This document shows positions 1-11,727 of a stretch of DNA of 64,000 nt, in pieces; position 1 is the first letter of the stretch, and every line of letters begins with the position of its first letter. Source of the stretch: an uncultured delta proteobacterium. Lineage in GTDB: Bacteria > Desulfobacterota > Binatia > UBA9968. The notes under the pieces are model-generated. The model was not told where the DNA came from, did no database searches, and was given only the letters and a program-made list of their open reading frames with translations. Where the stretch lies: positions 1-64,000 of the forward strand of contig CAVWLW010000057.1 in NCBI GenBank assembly GCA_963755715.1, in the 5' to 3' direction. Position numbers and translations under genes: made by a program.

Positions 1-860
1 TCACATGGCCTTTCTCGAATAAATACGCCCTCACCCCCTCCCGCCATGAACGAAGCTCACTCGGGGCGATGCTCGCTCCGAAGCGCCGAGTTCTTGGGCC
101 GGCGTGCGGGGCTCCTGAATTCCTTGCTCGAGACCGGATTAATGGCAGCGTCGAGCCGATCATTCCAGTATCGCTTTTGCAAACTCGTACCAAGTGCAAG
201 CCCCGCTATTTGTCAAGTGGAATAGCCCCGTTGCTCTGTTGAGTTCCATCAGCGCCAAAGCCGCCGATGCATCTCGCGCGTAAGTCGGTGACATGGTCAT
301 GTCGTTTACTACCTGGCGCAAATCGCCTGCTTGCGCTTTTCTGATAACAGTCTCGACGAAGTTACCGCCCTTGCCGCGCGCGCCGGTTTTGCCGAACAGG
401 CTCGACGTTCTCACAATCAGTGAATGTGGCGCGGCCTGCTGGACCAGATGCTCGCCCGCTAACTTCGATGCACCATAGACGTTGATGGGGCGAGTGGGTC
501 CGATTCAACATACGGTGATCCCTTGGAGCCATCGAAAACGTAATCCGTGCTGATATAAACGCACAGCGCTTCCACTGCCGCGCAAGCGCGGGCGACGTTG
601 AGCGCACCAATGGCGTTGACCGCAAATGCTTCGCGCGCATGATCCTCGCAATCGTCGACGCGAACGTAAGCGGCGCAATTGATCACCACATCGGGATGCA
701 ATTTGCTCAGGATCTCGCCTACCTGATTCGCGTCCGTGCAGTCGCAGTCCGCGTGGCTCAACGGCAAGGTTTCGCCTTTATCGTCCAGCCGCAGGACTTC
801 AACTAAATCCGTTCCGAGCTGTCCAGTACTGCCGATGACCGCAATACGTTGTGAGGCCAT
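1..860 (-). CDS. rfbD: dTDP-4-dehydrorhamnose reductase (frameshifted; 3' end at or just beyond window edge)
   Basis: ORFs 459..860 (VIGSTGQLG Rossmann motif, INCAAY, YISTDYVFDG) and 160..414 (VVNDMTMSPT, FHLTNSG..WYEFA); a third frame reads LRSWREGVRAYL to position 1. Confidence 0.9.
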
Positions 861-962
861 GAACGTTAGCAGGTTGCAGTTAGCAGCAGGCAGGGAGCAT
901 GAGCAGTTAGCAGGCCGTTGGTGACAACCGAGGACCGCTGCCAGCTGCGATCTGCCAGCTGC

Positions 963-2007
963 CTACTCTGCATTCCAAGCGTGCCGGTAGACCGAATCGT
1001 AATAATTGCGATACTCACCCGAAGTGACACGCGAAATCCAATCGAGATGATCGAGATACCAATCGACGGTTTGCTTGATTCCAGCGGCAAAATCCATATT
1101 GGGTTGCCAGCCGAGCTCCGCGCGAACTTTTGATGTGTCAAGGGCGTAGCGACGATCGTGCCCCGGACGATCGGTGACATAGCGGATTCGTTCCGCTATT
1201 TTTTTTGGATTGAGTTTTTTCCGGTCAGCAATGGCGGCACATATGCCTTCCGCGACATCAAGATTTGTTCGTTCTTCCCCCGTGCCGATATTGTAAATAC
1301 AACCGATCTCGCCCTTTTTCAAGAACGCTAAGAATAGCCCGGCAATTGTCCTCGACGTAAAGCCAGTCGCGAATCTGCTTGCCGTCACCGTAGATCGGTA
1401 ATTCCAGGTCATTGAGTCCGTTTCGGATCAGCAGCGGAATCAGTTTTTCCGGGAACTGGTAGGGACCATAATTGTTCGAGCTCCGCGTCACGATGATCGG
1501 CAAACCGTAAGTACGTCGATAGGAAAAGCACAGTAGATCGGCCGCAGCTTTCGTAGCGGCATAAGGACTGCTCGGCAACAGTGGCGATTCTTCGCTCGAT
1601 AACTCTTGTCCTTCTTTGTCACCGTAAACCTCGTCGGTGGAGATGTGGAGAAAGCGCTCCACCGGATATAAGCGGATTGCTTCCAGCAGTGTTTGTACTC
1701 CCCCGATGTTTGTTCTCAGGAATGGTGCGGCGTCGAGAATGCTTCTGTCGACGTGCGACTCCGCGGCGAAGTTTACAATAGCCCAAGGTTTTTCGTCTTT
1801 GAGAATCCGTTCGACGAGCGCTCGATCGCAAATATCCCCTTGCACGAAGCGGTTGTTCTCGCCGGCGAGATCCGCAGTATTTTCAAGATTACCAGCATAA
1901 GTGAGTTTATCCAGATTGACGACGCGATAGCTACGCTGGGCGCTTAACAACCTGACAAAACTACTGCCGATAAAACCGCAGCCTCCGGTCACTAGGATGG
2001 TTTTCAT
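963..2007 (-). CDS. rfbB: dTDP-glucose 4,6-dehydratase (frameshift near 1320)
   Basis: [50 protein letters not shown]; C-terminal [10 protein letters not shown] in ORF 963..1412. Confidence 0.95.
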
Positions 2008-2078
2008 GATTTGTTAGGTTTCAGCGATCAGCTTTCAGTTGTCAATACTGAGTTCTGACAACGGACTAGGGACTCTGT

Positions 2079-2630
2079 CTACTCAAAATTAGTATCCGTG
2101 TCGCGCAGTCGCGGCCAGGCGCGGTCTCGCGGCGAAAGTATGGGCTCAGCGACCGGCCAATTGATTGCTAAATCGGGATCGTTCCAGATGACGCCGGACT
2201 CAAAATCCGGCGCGTATTCCTCGGTGGTCATGTACTGGATTTCGGCATCCTCACTGGTGACGCAAAACCCATGGGCAAAACCCGCCGGTACATAGAGCAT
2301 TCGTTTACTTTCCGCCGAAAGTGCAACAGCCACCCATTTGCCGAACGTCGGAGATCCCTTGCGGATATCGACTGCCACGTCATAGATCTCTCCGCCGAGC
2401 GCGCGAATCAGCTTGCCCTGCGCCTTTGGTTGCTTTTGATAGTGCAACCCGCGCAAAATTCCTTTCGCTGATTTTGAGTGATTGCACTGAACGAAGACGT
2501 CGCTGATTCCGACGGCCGTAAAGTCCGAACGCTTGTAAGTTTCCATAAAAAAGCCGCGTTGATCGGGGATCACCTGGGGGTCGATCACAATTACGTCGGC
2601 AATAGCCGTACGCGTAAACTGAAACGGCAT
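2079..2630 (-). CDS. rfbC: dTDP-4-dehydrorhamnose 3,5-epimerase
   Basis: DQRGFFMETY, LRGLHYQ, DVAVDIRKGSPTFG, VPAGFAHGF motifs. Confidence 0.96.
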   Translation of the reverse strand: MPFQFTRTAIADVIVIDPQVIPDQRGFFMETYKRSDFTAVGISDVFVQCNHSKSAKGILRGLHYQKQPKAQGKLIRALGGEIYDVAVDIRKGSPTFGKWVAVALSAESKRMLYVPAGFAHGFCVTSEDAEIQYMTTEEYAPDFESGVIWNDPDLAINWPVAEPILSPRDRAWPRLRDTDTNFE

Positions 2631-3709
2631 CAGAGCTGTACCTCGGAGTCGTCACCGATCATCAGACGATAGGCTTGGTGAACCTTGTCGTCTTTTAGGA
2701 CAACGGAATTCTTGCCGATCAAACTGTCTTCCAGCCGATCGACCTGTTCAATTCGCGCATTTTCAAGCAAGACACAATGCTCCAGCACAGACGAGACAAT
2801 CCGGCAGCCGCTTCCAATGGAGGTAAAAGGACCGATGAACGAATTCTCGACCAATACGTTTTCACCTACCACTATGGGACCACGAACCGTGCTGTTGATG
2901 ACACGGCTTCCTCGGCCCAGTTGAACTCGCCCGGTCACCTGGCTCTGCGCATCGACCTCGCCCTCTATCCGCCGGGTCACCCATTCGTCGAGGACAACCG
3001 TGTTGGCAGTCAGCAGATCATCCTTTTTCCCGGTGTCGAGCCACCAAGAATCGATGCGATCGCTCAAAACCTCTCCACCCGCATCTAACAAATTTTGAAT
3101 CGCGTCGGTGATCTCGAGCTCGCCGCGCCACGAGGGTGAAATCCGGCTAATCGCTTCGTGGATGGCCGGCGTAAAAAAATAAATTCCGACCAAAGCCAGA
3201 TTGGATTTCGGCTCCTTGGGTTTTTCCACCAAACGAACCACTCGTTGCTGGCTATCCACCTCGGCGATGCCGAAGCTGGATGGATTTTCGACTTCTTTGA
3301 GCAGGATCGACGCCTGCGCGTCCGATCGCTCAAATCGACCGCGATAATCGCTGATTCCGGAGCCGATCAAGTTGTCGCCCAGATACATCACGAAAGAATC
3401 GGAGCCCAAGAACGGCTGCGCTACCTTGACGGCATGGGCAAGTCCCAGCGGTTCGCTTTGCAAGATATACTCGATGTTCATTCCCCACAATTCACCCTTA
3501 CCAACAGCTTCTCGGACGGCATTGCCAGTCTCCGGTGAAATCACGATACCCACTTCCTTAACCGCCGCCCTTTTCAAATTATCGAGGACATGAAACAGGA
3601 TCGGTCGATTTCCGACCGGCACGAGTTGTTTGGCGGCTGTATGCGTTAGCGGACGTAGCCTCGTTCCTCGTCCGCCGCTCAGTACCAGCCCTTTTAGCTT
3701 AGCGGCCAT
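2630..3709 (-). CDS. rfbA: glucose-1-phosphate thymidylyltransferase, long form with C-terminal hexapeptide-repeat domain
   Basis: GLVLSGGRGTRLRPLT, KQLVPV, QSEPLGLAHA, EKPK, RGELEITD, WLDTG; probable start ATG at 3709. Confidence 0.92.
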   Translation of the reverse strand: MAAKLKGLVLSGGRGTRLRPLTHTAAKQLVPVGNRPILFHVLDNLKRAAVKEVGIVISPETGNAVREAVGKGELWGMNIEYILQSEPLGLAHAVKVAQPFLGSDSFVMYLGDNLIGSGISDYRGRFERSDAQASILLKEVENPSSFGIAEVDSQQRVVRLVEKPKEPKSNLALVGIYFFTPAIHEAISRISPSWRGELEITDAIQNLLDAGGEVLSDRIDSWWLDTGKKDDLLTANTVVLDEWVTRRIEGEVDAQSQVTGRVQLGRGSRVINSTVRGPIVVGENVLVENSFIGPFTSIGSGCRIVSSVLEHCVLLENARIEQVDRLEDSLIGKNSVVLKDDKVHQAYRLMIGDDSEVQL

Positions 3710-3805
3710 TGCCAAAGGCGACCTGTGAATTGCCGATTGTGATCTTTTGCACTGACTGGTTTCGCTTGCCTGGGTTTTCCAGTGCGCCGTCGCCACTATT
3801 CCGCG

Positions 3806-3834
3806 CAGGCTTCCGCCATTGCCGCATCAGCAGC
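3806..3834 (-). promoter_or_regulatory. ops/JUMPstart-like antitermination element upstream of rfbACBD
   Basis: minus strand reads hairpin GCTGC-TGAT-GCGGC, then AAT, then GGCGGAAGCCTG (ops consensus GGCGGTAGnnTG), about 100 nt before rfbA. Confidence 0.4.
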
Positions 3835-4081
3835 TCTTGCCTGCCAAGCACCCCGATCGGAGCGACTTGACCTAAATTGTACACGAGTCTCCACTCTAGC
3901 CGATCTTTTCGTGACACAATTTGCCAAGCCACGAAAAGAAAATGACCCTAGCGCTACTAATTCAACACAAAACAGGGCAAAAATGCTTTAGCTTAAACAA
4001 GCTGAAATCAGACGCTCCGACGAATGGCAAAAAGCATTCCAAGCTCGCAAATTTGAAACAATTTTTCTGCTCGAAGCACAC

Positions 4082-5972
4082 TTACCCGGAAGTTACATCA
4101 GCGTGATGGCGATGCCAAAGTTCAAGCATCATTAGGTACCAGATATAGGAACCGTAATAGCCGCTACGCTCCTCATCGTGCAGCCGGAGCAAGCGTTCGA
4201 GCGCCGGGCGCTTGAAATAGCCGCGTTGAACAGCACGAGGTTCCAGCAAAAGTGACCGCGCCAGATCCCTAAACCCAGGGTGATGTCTCAACCACTCGCC
4301 CGTGGGCAGGCCAAACCCATGTTTTTTCTTACGCAAGATTTCGCGGGGCAAGAAATTCTCGAAAGCCTTTTTGAATATGTATCGCTTCGACCATCCTTTG
4401 ACTTTTAAACCAGCGGGGATCCTACCCGCGGTGGTCCCGACGTGAGTATCGAGAAAGGGGTAGCGAACTTGAATGCCGTGAGCTTCCGCCATGCGGTTGA
4501 CCTTGAATAAATCGTTGTCGGCAACGGCTAGCTTCAAATCCATGTACAGAAGACGATTCAGCGGCGCGCAATTAGCCACTCGAGCGTAATGACGCCTCGG
4601 GACATCAAGGGGAAATTCGCGATCGATTGCGTCTCTAAACTCTTCCGATAGCAATTCGTCGGCGTTATCTCGAAAATACAACTGATAGGAAAAAAATCGG
4701 TCGACGGGATTCTGGTTGGCTTTACGAACGTAATTTTTGACTTTCCGCCACGGATAGAAAGCGGGAATGATTTCAGTAGTCCGATCGATCGCCAGTCTTA
4801 TCGGGCGTGGTACCTGCTGATACAGCGTAAAAAATTTTTCGGTAATATAGCGTTCATTCCCGCCATAAAGCTCATCCCCACCATCTCCGGCGAACATGAT
4901 TTTTACACCCGCTTCACGCGCCATCTTCAAGCAGAAGAACGTAGGAATCGCCGAACTATTCCCAAAGGGCTCGTCGTACGCCGCTGCCAGAGTCGGCATC
5001 GCATCGAGCGCTTCTTCGGGTCGAACAAAATATTCGTGGGGATCGCTGTTGAAATGCTGCGCCGCCACTCGGGCATAATGAATCTCATTGTACGCAGCTT
5101 CTTCGAAACCAACAGAGAAGGATTTGACCTGCCGGGACGCAGCTTTGCCAAGTAAGCCAAGAATCGTGCTGCTATCCGTACCGCCGCTTAGAAATGCTCC
5201 CACTTCCGAGACTTGAGGAGAGCCGCCCGCAGGGCAAAACGGACGTAATCTTCCACGGATGTGGACAAACTGGCCGCAACCGCTGCTTGGTTCAGACTGA
5301 AATGTTCGGCATAAGCAACATCCCAACACATTCGTGACAGCGGCGAAGATATTAACTCTTATCAGCACATGACCAGGTTCCAATCGTCGAATATTCTTAT
5401 AAATCGTGTAAGGCGCGGGGATGAATGAGTGGTTGAGATAGAAATACAGACTATTCGGATCGACTACCTTCTTTAATTCCGATGCAGCAGCGAAGCAACT
5501 GATACGAGGCGCGAAACCGAATGAAGAGTCAAGATTCGTATAATAGATTGGGCGGGTGCCAAAATGGTCCGTTGCAAGAATGAGTTTTCTCTCTCGCGCG
5601 TCACACAACGCGATGGCAAACGATCCACGCAGAGAGTCGACGAAGCCAGATCCTTTGCACTTATATAAATCGATAATTTGGGCTGCGTGATTCTCGATGC
5701 AGTCGAGTATCGTTTCTAGGTTCAATGCCCGGGTCTGGAGCCGCAAATCCATCCAGAAACAAATGAACGGAACCGTCGTTGTACGCTTCCTTCCAGCCGT
5801 TCCAACTCCAAGAAAGGATACCGCTTTCCATTTCATCCACGGGTTTTGCTGCAGTCGATTTTTTAACGGCGTTGATCAATCTTCAATCCTCAGAGTTATT
5901 AGCTTTACCGGCTAACCTGTCTATTCCGTCGATTTGAAGCTTCAGTACTTGTTTCAATGAATTAAGATTCAC
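4082..5972 (-). CDS. asparagine synthase-family amidotransferase/ligase (EPS-associated; N-terminus disrupted)
   Basis: DHFGTRPIYY, FLSGGTDSS, AGDGGDELYGG, KVNRMAEAHGIQVRYPFLD, KKHGF; likely GTG start at 5972 after GGGAG. Confidence 0.85.
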
Positions 5973-6018
5973 GAGGCTCCCACCATGCGATACCCGAGCT
6001 AAACTCAATCCTGCACCG

Positions 6019-7074
6019 TTAAGGAATATGCCTGACGATATGCGGCCCCAAAGAGTTTGTAATCGCGAGCGGCAATCCGCGCCAAATACGGATCGCCCAT
6101 TGAAGCTTAGGATTGAGCGGACTCGTATCCGGTAAAGCTTGTCCATTCGGCGCGTAATACCAGTAAGGTAGTGCCATGGGCTCGAAACCCCAGTGCCGCT
6201 TGAAGTTGTAAGGTCCGGTTCCCTCTTTGCTTCTACCAAAGTCAAAAATCTTGCAGCCCTTGGCTCCGGCATAACGCATGAGCTCCCAGTACATGAAATC
6301 ATTGGGCGCTAGGTGAAAATAATCCTTCAAGGCCCCGCCATAGTACGGCAGAACTTGCTCTCGATAAAAAAAAGACAGTACTGCGGCGATTATTTTTTCA
6401 TGGTATTCGACGAGCAATATTCATTGATCGCTGAATGACGAGACGAGATTTTCAAAATACGAATATCCATATACGGGCGTCCCCAGATTGCGCACGCTCT
6501 CTGCGTAAACATCGTAAAATTCCCGCAAACGGCCATTGTCGAAAATCGCTTTGAGACCGTGCTTATCCCCCTGGCGGACCATACGGCGCTGTTTGCGCGG
6601 AATCCGCGCCAGGTTCGCCTCGTCTGTAGAATCGATCTGGCCCTTGAAAGTGACGTAAAGATCTTTGCGCGACCAGCGCGAAGAATCGCCGTCGACGTGC
6701 GGCGCGATCGGCGTTTCAGCATACGGATTGCCGCGGATCTCCAAATAACGGACGTGGCGTTCTTTGGCGAGCTCAGTCGCTTGCTGCAAGAGCATTCGAT
6801 AGGATTCTTCGTCACTGGCAAGCGGCCCGCCATAAACTCCGACCGGCATAGCGACTAAACTACGACCGAAAAGCATGCTTTTGACGAGAAATAAGGGCAG
6901 CAAACCACGAATGCGGCCTGAAGAATCTCGAACCCAAAGATAGACCGGCTCGTAGCCAAAACTCTTTCGGAGGATCTCGCGCCACGCCAGCAAATGAAAA
7001 AACGTACCCGAGGGATGACCGATTACGAATTCATCCCACGAAGGATCGTTATCGCGAAGAAAAGAACATTCCAT
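6019..7074 (-). CDS. FemAB-family XrtA/PEP-CTERM system-associated protein (GNAT-like); in-frame TGA at 6421-6423
   Basis: TFFHLLAW, RKQRRMVRQG, VRNLGTPVY, LPYYGG, NDFMYWELM, FDFGRSK..YNFKRHWGF. Confidence 0.88.
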
Positions 7075-7091
7075 CGATCTAGAGCTTCGAA

Positions 7092-8351
7092 TCAGGCATG
7101 CCGAAGGTCGCCCGCGACTGCTCCAGGGCGCCAGTCCGAAAGATCGACTTGCTGCGCCGGGATCTCATCCTCGATGAGAGTTTGGATAATTCGTTTAGCC
7201 GCGCTACCGTCCCAGAATTGCGGTGGCCGCGGAGCTCCCGTATGCCTGTCAAGACACGGGCAAATTCGTGCATGATTCTTTCCGAGTCCGAGCCGACCAG
7301 TACGTTCGTTCCATGGGTCAAAGTCACCGGTCGTTCGGTATTCTCGCGCAAGGTAATACAGGGAACCCCCAAAATCGTGGTTTCTTCCTGCACGCCGCCA
7401 GAGTCGGTGAGAACGACTTTGGCGCAAGACATTAGATGGAGAAAATCGAGATATCCCAACGGCGGGACGAGTCGAATTCTCACGCGGGAATCCCACGGTT
7501 CCGGACCGTCCAAAAAGTGATCGACGAAGTAATCGCCCAAGTCCGCCTCTTGAATTTGTTTCAAGGTACGCGGGTGTGCGGGAAAAATAAGCGGCATATG
7601 CTGTGAAATATCCAAAAAAGAGTCGAGGATCTTTGAAAATGTTTGGCCGTCATCGACATTTGCTGGACGGTGCAACGTTAAAATCGCATACGGCTTGATC
7701 CGACCTTCCGCGGAAAGTAGCAAATCATTGAGAATCGTCGATTCCTTCGCTTTCGAGCGATAGCCGCAGCAGGGTGTCGATCATGACGTTTCCGACAAAA
7801 TGGATTTTATTGAGAGCGATCCCTTCGCGCTCGAGATTTTGGTTGGCGCTGTCTTCCGTCGTAAAAAGATAGTCGGAAAGCGTATCGGTTACGACCCGGT
7901 TGACTTCCTCCGGCATCGTTCTGTCGAAACTCCGCAAGCCCGCCTCCACGTGGGCCAATTTAGGAATAAAATCTCGTCCATCCTCGCCGACACACCATGT
8001 TTTTTTGGTCACCAGCGCGCAAGCCACTGTCGAATTTACGTCACCGACGACGATCACGATCTGCGGTTTTTGCTCCTCAAGAACCTTCTCGAAGCCTTCC
8101 ATCACCTTCGCAGTCTGCGTCGAGTGAGAACCCGAGCCGACTCCCAAGAACAAATTTGGCTTGGGAAGCTCCAGGTCATTAAAAAATGCGTCCGACATGT
8201 TGGCGTCGTAATGCTGGCCGGTGTGCACCAGGACGTGCTCGATCTGCGGGTTTTTGCCGTTTGCATTGTATTCTTTGATGGCTTCGCAGAGGGCGGCGAC
8301 TTTCATGAAATTCGGTCTGGCGCCGACCACTGAGAGAATCTTAAAGGCCAC
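7092..8351 (-). CDS. wecB: UDP-N-acetylglucosamine 2-epimerase (non-hydrolysing), frameshifted
   Basis: VGARPNFMK, HTGQHYD, VVGDVNST, HVEAGLRS, MPEEVNR, TLHRPANVD, DSGGVQEET, RENTERP, WDGSAAKRI. Confidence 0.92.
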
Positions 8352-9216
8352 GGTTCACCTCGTTCGCCGGTTCGATCGCGCTCGCGCAACATGATAGGAC
8401 CTCCGACATGGGCGCCCATGAAAATTCGTCCAGGAGCCGCGCGAATTTTTTCTCTGTTGTTCGCAAATTTTGGTAGTGACGAAATCGTGAGCGCCAAGAC
8501 GCAGCGACTCTGGGTTGACCGGGATCAATCTCCCAGGGATGGAGATAAACCATGGCCGGCTGATTTTCTTTTTGGTTGATGCGGCGAATCGCCCAGGCGG
8601 TCAGCCGATACGGCAACAGCCTAAAATATCCGCCTCCCGCAACGGGGAAGTTAGTCGCGCCGGCACGCAGAGTTGACGGCGGGAACTCTAACAGACGCGC
8701 TCCGCTGCGGAGCCGTTGATAATGGGGAAAGCGCGGCGCATCCGGAATGCCGTAATAATCGTGTCGTACGGGAAAGATGCTCGAATCGTATTCGAAACCC
8801 AACTCGCCCAGAACTTCCAATGCCCAAAGCGTCTTCGAGGTGATCGAATAACTGGGCGCGCGGTAGCCTTTGATCTTGGTGCCCGTTTGATCTTCGAGGA
8901 TCGATTTAGCGCGACCCACGTCCCTACGAAAAGTCTTTTCGTCTCCCCGACTGATCATTTGATGACCATAGCCATGACTGCCAATTTCATGGCCGCCATC
9001 GAGGATATGGCGCACGAGACTCGGACACCGTTCAGCCACCCAGCCCAGCATGAAAAATGTCGCGCGAACAGCGCGCCGGTCCAAGAGCTCCAACAGTCGG
9101 TAGGTATTGCTTTCAACTCGCATCGGATACCGGCACCAATCATCCGGTACAATGACGTTCGCAAACGCCTGCACGTGGAAATAATCTTCGACATCGATTG
9201 TCAGCGCGTTCATCAC
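8341..9216 (-). CDS. XrtA-system polysaccharide deacetylase (DUF3473)
   Basis: NALTIDVEDYFHV, ATFFMLGWVAE, HEIGSHGYGH, GYRAPSYS, GGGYFRLLP, YLHPWEIDP. Confidence 0.92.
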   Translation of the reverse strand: MMNALTIDVEDYFHVQAFANVIVPDDWCRYPMRVESNTYRLLELLDRRAVRATFFMLGWVAERCPSLVRHILDGGHEIGSHGYGHQMISRGDEKTFRRDVGRAKSILEDQTGTKIKGYRAPSYSITSKTLWALEVLGELGFEYDSSIFPVRHDYYGIPDAPRFPHYQRLRSGARLLEFPPSTLRAGATNFPVAGGGYFRLLPYRLTAWAIRRINQKENQPAMVYLHPWEIDPGQPRVAASWRSRFRHYQNLRTTEKKFARLLDEFSWAPMSEVLSCCASAIEPANEVNRGL

Positions 9217-9224
9217 GTCGAACC

Positions 9225-10628
9225 TCAGCGAGCGCCCGAACCGAAAAGAATAACCTTGAAACTCTCGAAAATGATCTGGAGATCGAATACCGGCGACATA
9301 TGCTTGATGTAGTACAAATCGTATTGCAACTTCTCCACCGCATCCTGTTCGCTATCGCCGTAACGGTAACTGATTTGCGCCCACCCCGTGATCCCCGGTT
9401 TGACGGAGTGACGCAGATCGTAATAAGGAATATTTTGTTTCAATCGTTCGACAAAGAACGGCCGCTCCGGCCGTGGCCCGACAAAACTCATTTCACCCTT
9501 GAGGACGTTGATCATCTGCGGGATTTCATCGATCCTGAGTTTTCGGATAATGGCTCCGACCCTTGTAACTCTAGGATCGTTTTCCGTGGCCCAGACGGGT
9601 CCCACTTTCGCCTCGGCGTCTTGCTGTCATGGAGCGAAACTTAAAGAGAGTAAAATGCTTTTCGTTCTGGCCGACGCGCTCTTGGCGGTAAAAGATCGGC
9701 CCCGAGCTCTCGAGTTTGATGGCGAGCGCCGTCATCAGCGCCAATGGCATGGCCAAAAGCAAACCCAAAAACGCGACGATCACATCGATAACTCGCTTCG
9801 CCGCGAGAACAATGCGGTCTCGTCGAAAACCCTCCGACAGCGCAATCCACTCGGGCGGCAGATCGGTAATAGCGATTTTGCTTACCAGCCGTTCATAAAA
9901 AGAATGGCAATGCTCAATCGGCACGCCCATCGCCCGCACATTCACGAGCTCCTGGAAGTACGTCAGCGGACAATCGTCCGTGCCGGACAAAAGAATTCTG
10001 TCCACGCGGCGGCTGGCGACTAGGCTGGCGAGCGATGATGGGGCGCAAAGATTGGGAGCTCGACTTTTTTTGGATTGCCGTAGGATAACGTGATTAGACC
10101 CGCTTCGGCGCCGACAAAACCTATCACTTCCATGCCTAGTTTTCGTTTTAAGTAGAGTTCCTCAGCGATAAGCTTGCCAATACCGCGAATGCCAATAATC
10201 AGTACATTGGCACGAATAGCGGCTTGTTTGATCACTCGCATAAAACCGAAACGCCATATGCCCAATGATATTCCCATCATCAGCATTTCGCTCATATAAA
10301 TTGACTTACCAAAGTTCGGAATAGGGTAACTAATAACACCGATGACAATACACGCCGCGCCCAACCCTGCGACGAATCGATGCATTAACTCTTGAACGGA
10401 AAGCGTCTGATCGATTGCATATAAGTTCGAATAGTAAAAGGCGATCACGACAACCAAGGCCATCGCCATCCCGTGCAGCAAGAAGTCTGAGCCAGTGATT
10501 ATTCCCGGCTGGATCTGCCGCGTCCATAATCCCGCGCAACACGACGACTCGCGCCAAGCGCGCACACGATATCGCCCAGCACGTAGGAGAGAATCGAACC
10601 GGGTATAATATCTATTGAAGATCCTCAA
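9225..10628 (-). CDS. priming sugar transferase (polyprenyl-phosphate glycosylphosphotransferase, TIGR03013-like), frameshifted
   Basis: N-terminal TM helices, KRVIDVIVA, GPIFYRQERVG, FKFRSM, DPRVTRVG, DEIPQMINVLKGEMSFVGPRPERP, KPGITGWAQ. Confidence 0.92.
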
Positions 10629-10631
10629 TGT

Positions 10632-11553
10632 TTAGCCGTGACCGTTGCTCGAATAGTAGTAATAGTATTTTGAACCCAGCCCGAGATCCGCCCCGTTCAG
10701 CACGACACCCAAAACTTTGTCGGAACTGAACGAGCTCAAAGCCTTTGCGAGATAATCTTTCGGTGTTTTGCCGGCGCGGATGACCATGATCACGCCGTCT
10801 ACCTGTCTGCTCAAAACCAAGGGATCAGGAGTCGCTAGGACCGGTGGCGAGTCGATGATGATCGTATGGCCGGGCAGCGTCGTATGAATTTCATCAATCA
10901 TTCGTCGCATTCGGTCTTTCGCGAGCAATTCCGAAGCAAAGCGCGACGGCTTCCCGGCAGGAATAATCCGCAAGCCGCTCAAATGCGTAGCCCTAATCAG
11001 ACTCTTCACTCCTGCAGCTGAATTGGAGCTGAGATAGTCAGTGAGTCCGGGGGAAACGTCGCCCTTAAAATATCGATGGACGCTCGGTGCCCTTAAATCA
11101 GCGTCAATCAACAGCACTTTCTCCTCGTATTCTAAAGCAATTGACGCTGCCAGGTTGACGGCGACCGTGGTTTTTCCGTCCCTCTTGACAGGGCTCGTAA
11201 TCGCAATGGTCCGAATACCGGCTTCCGTGCGCAATCTTTTAAGCTGTTCGCGCAGAATCTTGTATTGCTCAGAAGCCGGCGATTCCTCCTCCAAGGCGAC
11301 GATTGGATGAGTCGCATAACGGCCAAGATCCCAACCAAAGACCAGCTCCTCTATTGTTTCACGCCAAGATCTCGAACCGTTCGTTGACCCTGCTAAAGGC
11401 CGCTGGAATTTCATTATGGTGGCCATTATTGTGGCCATTAGGGGTGATCGACCAATCCGCCGTGCTCGAAGGCACACTCTCCAAAACCATGCCTTCATCA
11501 GCGTCGGGATCAGCTTGCATTGGCTTCGGCTTCCGGCTGGTGCTCTTTCTCAT
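10632..11553 (-). CDS. CpsD/CapB-family BY-kinase (Wzc kinase half)
   Basis: EQYKILR, Walker A SPVKRDGKTT, LLIDADLR, IIDSPP, C-terminal tyrosine cluster KYYYYY; N-terminus in ORF 11359..11553. Confidence 0.92.
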
Positions 11554-11727
11554 GGCTTGCCTTGGTTAATGCCTCAAACACTCTGCTCATGCGTTGATCT
11601 CCTAATCTATTCGTTCGATGTCAGTCTTGGCCAAAGTCGATGATTCTCTTGATGACCGGAAAGCTCGATGGACACAGCCGATTTCGCCTCAACACTGTTC
11701 AATTCTAAGCGATCTAAAAAGAAATTT

